Below, in pieces: positions 29,701-37,158 of a DNA stretch of 64,000 nt. Every line of letters begins with the position of its first letter. Position 1 is the first letter of the stretch. The stretch comes from an uncultured Candidatus Saccharibacteria bacterium (GTDB lineage: Bacteria; Patescibacteriota; Minisyncoccia; Phycocordibacterales; SBAW01): the NCBI GenBank assembly GCA_964420015.1, contig CAYQPO010000002.1, positions 7,997 to 71,996 on the forward strand, given 5' to 3'. Made by a program: the position numbers and the translations under genes. The notes beneath the pieces were generated by a model. That model was given only the letters and a program-made list of their open reading frames with translations. It made no database searches and was not told where the DNA came from.

Positions 29701-30441
29701 ATGCCCGAACCTATCGCGCCCGGAGGTCTGTACAGCTACAGAAATCCTCCACCATCTCACGAAGTCGCATTGGCGCGCCTTCACGAGTTGGAAGTTGCCG
29801 TGCAGAGTATCGAAGTTCAACTCCAGCACGGAAATCCGAACGAGTTCCCGAGCGACGACGACTTTCTGACGTGGAAGGGTCGCGCAACGGGAGCGGCAGG
29901 CCACTACCGCGCCGAAATCGCCTATCTCGAACGCTGGATGGGTGTTCGTGGGTCGCAGTCCGGTCAGGGCGGCCCGCAGCATGTCTCCAGTGCGCAGTAC
30001 CGCACCGGCATCGAGGAAATCTCGGGAAAAGTGCGGAACATGACTGCGCAAGTGCGTGAGAAGTACAAGCGCGTCTACTCCGAAGGCCACCTGCCCGCCG
30101 ATGTCGTCGCGGCTCGCACGAGACGGCAGGAATTGTCGGCGCTGATCCAGATGTGCACCGGCTTCTTCAAGGACCTGAAGTTGTCGGCTGAAGCAGGAGG
30201 TGTCGGCGAAGAACGGATGCAGAAGCTCCGCAAACCGCTCTCGACGATCTACATGGAGATCCAAGCGGAGAACAAGTTGATCAACAGAACCTTCCACAAC
30301 GCTGTGGAGGGTCCGCAAGTTGATTGGACGTTGTTCCTGCTCTCGCTGCTCGATCGCGCAGTCACTTCCGGCTTCACCCTGACCGACGAAGAACGGAAGA
30401 CGGCCGAGGCGATTCGGGACGCGAAGTTGTCGCAGATTTAG
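29701..30441 (+). CDS. hypothetical protein (247 aa) in an islet next to the tRNA
   Basis: start MPEPIAPGG; preceded by a ~190-bp AT-rich stretch; the opposite-strand ORF looks like typical antisense noise. Confidence 0.5.
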   Translation: MPEPIAPGGLYSYRNPPPSHEVALARLHELEVAVQSIEVQLQHGNPNEFPSDDDFLTWKGRATGAAGHYRAEIAYLERWMGVRGSQSGQGGPQHVSSAQYRTGIEEISGKVRNMTAQVREKYKRVYSEGHLPADVVAARTRRQELSALIQMCTGFFKDLKLSAEAGGVGEERMQKLRKPLSTIYMEIQAENKLINRTFHNAVEGPQVDWTLFLLSLLDRAVTSGFTLTDEERKTAEAIRDAKLSQI

Positions 30442-30688
30442 CCGAACTCCGTCGGCTTCACGCGACGAGCCCTGCGCCACAAGCGCCGGGCTTTCTTTTT
30501 GGAAATTTCAAAGAACAATTTTGCATGCGCTCCGCGCATTCTCGAATTAGTCCACCAAAGAAAAATTTGATATTGTCAGCGGAGCGGCTTCGCCGCGTTC
30601 GGCATTTTTTGCGCCGGATGCGCCGCGCCGCCGCTCCCGCCACCGGCGGCGCGGCTGGTTCGCACTAATTCAAGTATTCTGCACCAGA

Positions 30689-32896
30689 CTATTCATGGTG
30701 CATTTGGAGGCTTTTGGCCTGCAACGCTTTGCGCAAGAGAGGATAGGCTTTGAGCTCGAAGTCTCCTTTAATTAATGCTTGTGCTTCGGCCCGCGCGGCT
30801 TCGACTAATTTCAAATTTTTAAGTGCCTCCATACCCACGTCCGAGATGCCCCATTGCTTGCGCCCGGCTAGGTCGCCCGCGCCGCGCTGCAACAAATCTT
30901 GTTCGGCCAGTTCGAAACCGTTTTTTGCTTGTACTAAAGCGTTGAGACGCTTGAGCGTTGCCTCGCCCTTGCTCTCGGGGGCAACAAAACAGTACGCCTG
31001 ATGCGTCGAGCGCACTACGCGGCCGCGCAGTTGATGGAGCTGCGAGAGCCCAAAGCGCTCGGCCCCTTCAATAAGGATGCACGTGGCGTTGGGCACATTG
31101 ACCCCCACTTCGACCACGCTGGTGGCGACCAAGATATCAATCTCGTGTTTTGCAAAACGCAGCATCACATCGTCTTTTTTAGCCGGTGTCATCTTGCTGT
31201 GCAGGATGTCTATTGCGTACTCGGGGAAGACATCTTTTTGCAGCCGCTTTGCTTCTGTCTTGACCGACTTGGCCTGCAAGGCAAATGCTTTGTCTGGGTC
31301 GGGCTCGTCGATACGCGGGCAAATGATGTATGCTTGGCGGCCCGCTTGGAGCTGCGTGCGGATTTTTTCGTACGCGGGGTTATTTTTACCCTGGCCGGGC
31401 AGGCCTGGAGGCACTATCTCAGTAATCACTCTTTTGCGCCCTGGCGGCATCTCGTCAAGCAGTGTTAGGTCGAGGTCGCCGTAGAGGGTGAGGGCGAGCG
31501 TGCGCGGGATTGGGGTTGCGGTCATGCTCAGCAGATGCGGGAGCCGCGCGTCTTTCTTTGCCAGCTTGCGGCGCTGGTTGGTGCCAAAGCGATGCTGTTC
31601 GTCTATTACTACCAACGCGAGGTGCTTAAATTGCACTGACTTTTGTATGAGTGCATGGGTGCCAATGAGGATCGGGATTTCGCCGTTTGCTACCCATTTT
31701 AAAAGCTGCGCACGCGAGATGTTGGTGTAGCCATCTTTGTTTACTTTGGAGGGGAATTTGTAACATCCCGAGCCCATGATGAGCCCGATGTTAATAGGGA
31801 AGTGCTCAAAAAATTTTATAAACGACTCAAAATGCTGCTTGGCCAAAATTTCGGTTGGGGCCATGTAAGCTACTTGGAGTGTGCCAAAATTTTGGCCTTG
31901 GGGTCTGGTTTGTACCGCTGCGTGTGCGGCTGTGGCGGCGACCGCCGTTTTGCCTGAGCCGACGTCGCCCTCTAAGAGGCGCGACATCGGCCGACCGCGA
32001 TGCAAGTCGGCCAAAATATGTTCGGTCGCGCGTTTTTGAGCAGCCGTGGCCTCAAAAGAGAAATCGCCCATAAACTCCTCGACTTGCGCGCGCGTTGGGT
32101 TGATTTCGTAGCTGTGCTCGCGCGCCGTCTCGGCGCGCTCGCGCGCGCGGTCGAGTTGGATAAAAAATACTTCTTCGAACGCAAAACGCTTGCGCGCAGC
32201 CTCGGCCTGCTTCAACGTTTGCGGCTGGTGCGCCCATACAAGCGCGGTGCGCAAGGTGGGGAGATTATATTTCTTGAGCATTTCGCGTGGCAGGGGGTCT
32301 TCGACCCCATCGAGCCCGCCCTCGACTATTTTTTTGATCGCGCTTCTAAACCAAAGCGATGAGATGCCGCGCGACTCGGGGTAGATCGCAAACAGGTCAT
32401 TCAAAAAGTCCTCGGGTCGCCCTCTGCGGGGCTCAACCAGACTTTTTTCATGACCTGTTTGCTTTTGGAATAAACTTGCTTCGGTCGCAGAAATTTTTTG
32501 CAGCTGCGGGTTGGCCAAGTAGAGCTTGCCTGCTGAGCCGGTGACCTTGCCCACGGCGCGCACCAAGGCACCCTCTGCGTACATTTTTGCAATGTAGGGC
32601 TGATTAAACCAGCGCAGTTTGACCCGGCCAGAGGAGTCGCGCAGCCACCCTTCAGTCATGGGCACACGCGATTTCCAGCTTTTTTTGGCCTCGAGCTTCT
32701 CCAGTGTCCCGACGATCGCGACCTCTTGGCCGCTTGTAAGGACTGAGACGCTTGCCTCGGCTCCAGCTTGGTCGTAGCGAGAGGGGAGGTGGTAGAGCAG
32801 ATCGCGTACTGTTTTAAGGCCTAATTTACTGAGCGCCGATCGTTGTGAGTCACTTAACCTAAAGGCGTTTTCGAGTCGCACGTCAAAATCCATCAC
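30689..32896 (-). CDS. recG: ATP-dependent DNA helicase RecG
   Basis: 735 aa; wedge domain, Walker A (GDVGSGKT), DEQH box. Confidence 0.93.
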   Translation of the reverse strand: MMDFDVRLENAFRLSDSQRSALSKLGLKTVRDLLYHLPSRYDQAGAEASVSVLTSGQEVAIVGTLEKLEAKKSWKSRVPMTEGWLRDSSGRVKLRWFNQPYIAKMYAEGALVRAVGKVTGSAGKLYLANPQLQKISATEASLFQKQTGHEKSLVEPRRGRPEDFLNDLFAIYPESRGISSLWFRSAIKKIVEGGLDGVEDPLPREMLKKYNLPTLRTALVWAHQPQTLKQAEAARKRFAFEEVFFIQLDRARERAETAREHSYEINPTRAQVEEFMGDFSFEATAAQKRATEHILADLHRGRPMSRLLEGDVGSGKTAVAATAAHAAVQTRPQGQNFGTLQVAYMAPTEILAKQHFESFIKFFEHFPINIGLIMGSGCYKFPSKVNKDGYTNISRAQLLKWVANGEIPILIGTHALIQKSVQFKHLALVVIDEQHRFGTNQRRKLAKKDARLPHLLSMTATPIPRTLALTLYGDLDLTLLDEMPPGRKRVITEIVPPGLPGQGKNNPAYEKIRTQLQAGRQAYIICPRIDEPDPDKAFALQAKSVKTEAKRLQKDVFPEYAIDILHSKMTPAKKDDVMLRFAKHEIDILVATSVVEVGVNVPNATCILIEGAERFGLSQLHQLRGRVVRSTHQAYCFVAPESKGEATLKRLNALVQAKNGFELAEQDLLQRGAGDLAGRKQWGISDVGMEALKNLKLVEAARAEAQALIKGDFELKAYPLLRKALQAKSLQMHHE

Positions 32897-32916
32897 TTCA
32901 TACTATACTCTCAAAG

Positions 32917-33474
32917 TTGGTAAAAAAGAGGTACCATATGCGTCATAGTATGCGGGACCTGGAGCGTGAATTTGGCGAGGCCTTTGAGGCTTATAGTGAC
33001 GAGCTTTTTCGGCACGCCGCCCTTCGCCTACGCGATCGAGAGCGAGCCTTGGAGCTTACCCAAGAGTGCTTTTTAAAGGTCTTTGAGTACGCCAAGAAAG
33101 GCGAAGAAATTCTCGATCTGAGGCCCTTTCTCTACCGCACACTGCGCCACCTGATTATCGACGAGTACCGGCGCAAAAAGTCGGTTTCGCTCGAGGCGAT
33201 GGCTGAGGCGGGAGAGTTCGAGGTCGAGGACCTGCTGCCGCACGACGAGAGCAATACGCTTGAGCGCGCGATAGAGCGCTTTGAGGGCAGGCGCGTGCTT
33301 GCATGCTTGCAAGAGTTGCCCGACCCATACCGCGAAGCGGTGTCACTGCGCTACATCGACGGGCTTTCTCCCAAAGAGATAGCGAAGATAGTCGATGAGA
33401 GTGAGAATGTGGTTAGTGTGCGCGTGCACCGCGGCTTGCAAAAACTGCGAGCATTGTTACAAAGCGATGAATAA
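32917..33474 (+). CDS. ECF-type RNA polymerase sigma-70 family factor
   Basis: region 2 (LVQECFLKV-like) and region 4 HTH (LSPKEIAKIVDESENVVSVRVHRGLQKLR). Confidence 0.85.
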   Translation: MVKKRYHMRHSMRDLEREFGEAFEAYSDELFRHAALRLRDRERALELTQECFLKVFEYAKKGEEILDLRPFLYRTLRHLIIDEYRRKKSVSLEAMAEAGEFEVEDLLPHDESNTLERAIERFEGRRVLACLQELPDPYREAVSLRYIDGLSPKEIAKIVDESENVVSVRVHRGLQKLRALLQSDE

Positions 33475-34243
33475 TCTACGAGACGAAGTGAATAAAATTC
33501 GGCTTACGCCGACCGAAAAGGCTCAAATGCGAGCTGCTATTTTCGGTGTACCTGCACCAATGGCTCCCAAACGCTCGCCCTACTTCCTCTTTACATATCA
33601 ATTCCGCGTAGTGGTGGCGGGGCTTTTGGTGGTGGTGTTCGCCAGCGCGGGCACCGCACAAGCTGCACAAGGCGCGCTCCCCGGCGATTTGCTTTATCCG
33701 ATCAAAATCAACATCAACGAGCGTGTCGAGGTCGCGCTTGCTGCTACGCCAAAAACTAAAGCAAACGTGGAAGCAACCATCGCGCAGCGCCGTGTGCAAG
33801 AAGCACTCGTACTCGAGGAGCAGGGCCGGCTTGATGCGACCACGACGCAAGAAATCGAGGATAACTTTAATGAGCACGCCTCAGCGGCGCTTGCGCTTGT
33901 CCCTGGCGCCGCTATGGGCATTGCGCCCGTATCGGAGAGTGGCACTCCTCAATTTGAACAAAAAAAGAGTCTCGCACCAACTTCCACGCGTAGCACTGCG
34001 GTGCGCACCAAGACTCCCCCCCGTGCTTTCTCGGCCTCCAGTACTGCTGTGCTTGAAGCGTCGTCGAGCGACACTGCAATGGCAAGCTCAAGCATCAACG
34101 AGCAAGGTCAAGACGAAGAAGAGGGTGTCCACATTCAAGCGAGTCTTGAGCACCAGCGCGATATTCTCGAGGGGCTTAAGCTGCGCGTGTCTGAGCAGCG
34201 TCACGGCAAACAGAAGGTTGAGTTGGATAGCCTTTCTGACTAG
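33467..34243 (+). CDS. putative anti-sigma factor / single-pass membrane protein
   Basis: start ATG overlaps the sigma stop (gATGAAtaa); one TM (VVVAGLLVVVFASAG); start moved inside ORF 33395. Confidence 0.5.
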   Translation: MNNLRDEVNKIRLTPTEKAQMRAAIFGVPAPMAPKRSPYFLFTYQFRVVVAGLLVVVFASAGTAQAAQGALPGDLLYPIKININERVEVALAATPKTKANVEATIAQRRVQEALVLEEQGRLDATTTQEIEDNFNEHASAALALVPGAAMGIAPVSESGTPQFEQKKSLAPTSTRSTAVRTKTPPRAFSASSTAVLEASSSDTAMASSSINEQGQDEEEGVHIQASLEHQRDILEGLKLRVSEQRHGKQKVELDSLSD

Positions 34244-34323
34244 CGGGGTCTTAAGCATTTGAACCGTCAGCAGCGCATCGGCGCTCTACGTACTAGCACA
34301 TCTCCAACACTTTTTGTCAAGGG

Positions 34324-34410
34324 CGGAGAGGGAGGGATTCGAACCCTCGGTCCCCGTTAAGGGACAACAACTTAGCAGGTTGCTGCATTCGACCGCTCTG
34401 CCACCTCTCC
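34324..34410 (-). tRNA. tRNA-Ser, anticodon GCU (long variable arm)
   Basis: GGAGAGG acceptor, anticodon loop CTGCTAA, long variable arm, T-arm GAGGGTTCGAATCCCTC. Confidence 0.8.
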
Positions 34411-34560
34411 AATAGCAAACACTTTAGCACTTTCAGGCCCAGTGGTACACTGCAAACGCAGAGAGAGAGTTACTCACCCCTCTCATCTAGGTTAAACCTA
34501 GGCGCTCTAAAAAATCACTTTGAAAATCTTTCTATTTTCTTACAAATCCGTTACCATATA

Positions 34561-34983
34561 GTGGTGATATTTTCGAGTCGATGTGTTCGACCCTTCGCCG
34601 CAATTGCGCTGGCTGCTTTTTTGACGGTGGGCATCTTCGGAGTCTCTCACGGCATGCAGATGGGGCCCAAAGGGGAGATGCCCAATTGTCCGTTTATGTC
34701 GGGCTCCGCGATCTGTACGATGTCTCCGTTCGAACATTTAGCAGCGTGGCAGTCTGCATTTTCCTTCACACCGATGAAGTACGGAGCTGCGTTTTTTGCT
34801 CTTATCATTATAACTTTTGTCGCAGCGTTTGTTTTTGCGGATATACGACGGCTTTGGGGAAACAGAATAGCTTTAGCGGTCAGCATGCAAAGAGTTCGGT
34901 ACAGACGTCGACCGCAGAGCGCTGTTCTCGAGCCGTTCCAAGAGCTCTTTTCAAACGGCATCTTAAATCCAAAGGTCTTCTAG
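34561..34983 (+). CDS. Cys-rich membrane protein (140 aa)
   Basis: N- and C-terminal TM helices; MPNCPFMSGSAICTMSP; weak. Confidence 0.4.
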   Translation: MVIFSSRCVRPFAAIALAAFLTVGIFGVSHGMQMGPKGEMPNCPFMSGSAICTMSPFEHLAAWQSAFSFTPMKYGAAFFALIIITFVAAFVFADIRRLWGNRIALAVSMQRVRYRRRPQSAVLEPFQELFSNGILNPKVF

Positions 34984-35042
34984 CGAAGGATATTTCCCGC
35001 GCGTTAATCTTGCGCGGCCTTTATCGTTTGTCTAAAAAATCT

Positions 35043-35762
35043 ATGGAAGAATCATCTCAAAAATCATTCACCCTCTCGACTCCCATGGCGATCATAATCG
35101 TCGGAGTCATCATTGCCGGTGCCGTGTATTTCGGGACGTCAAAAGGTGGAACTGTCGCAGGGACTCAAGTCCAGCAGCCCACAGAGCAACCTGCCGCGCA
35201 GGCGGTTGATGTGTCCAACGTTAAGACGGCCGGCGACCCATTTATCGGAAACCAGAATGCTCCAGCCACCATGGCGTATTGGTACGACTATCAGTGTCCG
35301 TTCTGTGGACGCAACGAGGAGCAGGTTATGCCACAAATCGTCAAGAATTATGTTGACACTGGAAAACTGAAAATCGTCTTTAAAGATTTCGAGTTCCTAG
35401 GGCCCGATTCGCAAACGCTCGGGCAGTATTCGCATGCCGTGTGGGAGGCCGCGCCAGACAAGTTCTACGCATGGCACAAGGCGGTATACGACAATCAAGG
35501 TACTGAGAATACGGGTTGGGCGACGCAAGCAAAGATCCTCTCGATCACGAAGAGCGTTCTTGATGCGGCAACCACTGACCAAGTGGTCAATCTCGTGAAG
35601 ACGAAAGGAGCCGAGTACCAGAAAATTATGGACGCCGACAAAGCCGAAGGCTCGGCGCTTGGTATCAACGGCACTCCCGGTTCGATCATCGGCAAGCGGC
35701 TCGTCGAGGGTGCGCAGCCGTATGCAGCCTTCCAAACAGCAATAGATGCAGCACTTAAATAA
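35043..35762 (+). CDS. DsbA-like thiol:disulfide oxidoreductase (thioredoxin fold), membrane anchored
   Basis: CPFC active site (WYDYQCPFCGR); N-terminal TM; start inside ORF 34581. Confidence 0.8.
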   Translation: MEESSQKSFTLSTPMAIIIVGVIIAGAVYFGTSKGGTVAGTQVQQPTEQPAAQAVDVSNVKTAGDPFIGNQNAPATMAYWYDYQCPFCGRNEEQVMPQIVKNYVDTGKLKIVFKDFEFLGPDSQTLGQYSHAVWEAAPDKFYAWHKAVYDNQGTENTGWATQAKILSITKSVLDAATTDQVVNLVKTKGAEYQKIMDADKAEGSALGINGTPGSIIGKRLVEGAQPYAAFQTAIDAALK

Positions 35763-35768
35763 AAGTAT

Positions 35769-36440
35769 ATGGAAACACAAAAGATCAGAGTGCCGGCGGC
35801 CATTATAGGTGTCGCGCTTGTGGGGGTAGTGCTATACGTTGCGGTACGACATCCGTCGCCCGTGTTAGCAGAGAATCAAAAAATCTATGCGAGTATCCCT
35901 ACAGAAGCGGGTAAGAAAAACTTTCTCACGCAGAGCGCGAACATGTCTGTTGCGGTCGACCCCGAACTCGTTGATCTTGATAGCCAGATAAGCAGCTGCG
36001 ATGCGGATGTCGACGGCGCAGTAAATGCCACGGGCATGAGCGGCAGCTGCATCGACTCCAGCGTGATTGATATCTCTAAAATGCAGGGAAAGTACATGGG
36101 CGGCCAGTGCTGCTCGGCGATGAAGGATACCGTCGAATATCATGAAAATCTAGAAAAGCTGCAGGCCTACAAGCGTATGCCCGACATCGTGCTTGACCCC
36201 ATGCACACGCCGGTTGAGACTGCAAAAAAATGGATTGACTACGACAAGGTAACAGAGCTTACATCAGCCGAGCAAGAGGTCTTCAACGAAGCGTACGCCC
36301 TCTCAAAAGAAAAACCGTGCTGTTGCAAATGCTGGCACTACTACGTTAACGAAGGCATCGCCAAAAAAATGATTAAAGACGGCTCCTACGGCGCGCAGCA
36401 GATTGCTGACTATTGGGATGCATCGGATATCTGTGGGTAA
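35769..36440 (+). CDS. Cys-rich exported protein (223 aa)
   Basis: N-terminal TM; QCCSAMKD and KPCCCKCWHYY cysteine clusters. Confidence 0.5.
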   Translation: METQKIRVPAAIIGVALVGVVLYVAVRHPSPVLAENQKIYASIPTEAGKKNFLTQSANMSVAVDPELVDLDSQISSCDADVDGAVNATGMSGSCIDSSVIDISKMQGKYMGGQCCSAMKDTVEYHENLEKLQAYKRMPDIVLDPMHTPVETAKKWIDYDKVTELTSAEQEVFNEAYALSKEKPCCCKCWHYYVNEGIAKKMIKDGSYGAQQIADYWDASDICG

Positions 36441-36443
36441 TGA

Positions 36444-37064
36444 TCACCGGAGGAAGATGAGCGCCAAGGCGAGTGCGACCATACCGAAATCTTCAATAAG
36501 CGTGATCTTGGTGAGTGGTACTTTAAGAAAAGTGCCGAGACACGCGCACTGGAACTCTTCGCCTTTTGCGAGCTTTAATGCGACACCCACGCCGCTAAAG
36601 AGCATTACTACAACTTCTGCCCACAAGAGCGTGGGAGTAAGTACACCTCCTAGCATCGCTAGTCCAAAAAAGAGCTCAATGAACGGATAGACGTACCCAT
36701 ACCCGAACCACCGCCCTGCTAATAAGTCGTATGTCGAGTACCCTTCGGCAAACCCTTTGAGATCCATCAATTTAAATCCGGCAAAGACGATAAAGAACCC
36801 AGCCATAAAATTTGAAATAGTATCTGTGAATGAAACACTGCCCGCCACATAGTTGTGCCACGCTATTGTCCCCGTGCTTGCGGCGAGGAGAAAAAAGATA
36901 ACCACCAGTGGAATATAGCTGCGCCAGGTGAGGGTGCCCAAACCTCTATCCTCAACATTCATTCTGATTGCGGGGGCATGCTTCTCCACTAGAGCCATGC
37001 CGCATTTTGGGCAGCGCCCTGGCCCACTCTGACGTATCTCCGGATGCATGGGGCATGTGTACAT
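36444..37064 (-). CDS. heavy-metal-binding domain (YTCPMHPE...CPKCGM) fused to a DoxX-like membrane domain
   Basis: N-terminal MYTCPMHPEIRQSGPGRCPKCGM motif as in Cu/Ag efflux-associated HMBDs; 4 TM. Confidence 0.6.
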   Translation of the reverse strand: MYTCPMHPEIRQSGPGRCPKCGMALVEKHAPAIRMNVEDRGLGTLTWRSYIPLVVIFFLLAASTGTIAWHNYVAGSVSFTDTISNFMAGFFIVFAGFKLMDLKGFAEGYSTYDLLAGRWFGYGYVYPFIELFFGLAMLGGVLTPTLLWAEVVVMLFSGVGVALKLAKGEEFQCACLGTFLKVPLTKITLIEDFGMVALALALIFLR

Positions 37065-37158
37065 GCTATGGATTGTACACCTTGTCGTAGATCCTATACA
37101 TTATTCTGTTTTAAGAAGATATATACTGGGTGGGTACTAATCCTCTTTATTTTTATGT

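Noticed and set aside
29680-30480. 266-aa minus-strand ORF
   Set aside because: Antisense to the plus-strand 247-aa ORF. The minus translation is Arg/Leu-rich noise, while the plus ORF has a balanced composition and an upstream AT-rich promoter region.
30324-30668. 114-aa plus-strand ORF downstream of the islet gene
   Set aside because: Arg-rich translation of a GC-rich spacer containing hairpins; no support.
29510-30690. Direct repeat of the tRNA-Ile 3' end marking an integrated island
   Set aside because: Only a weak partial match (ggttcg...cgcac at ~30655). It is insufficient to call att sites.
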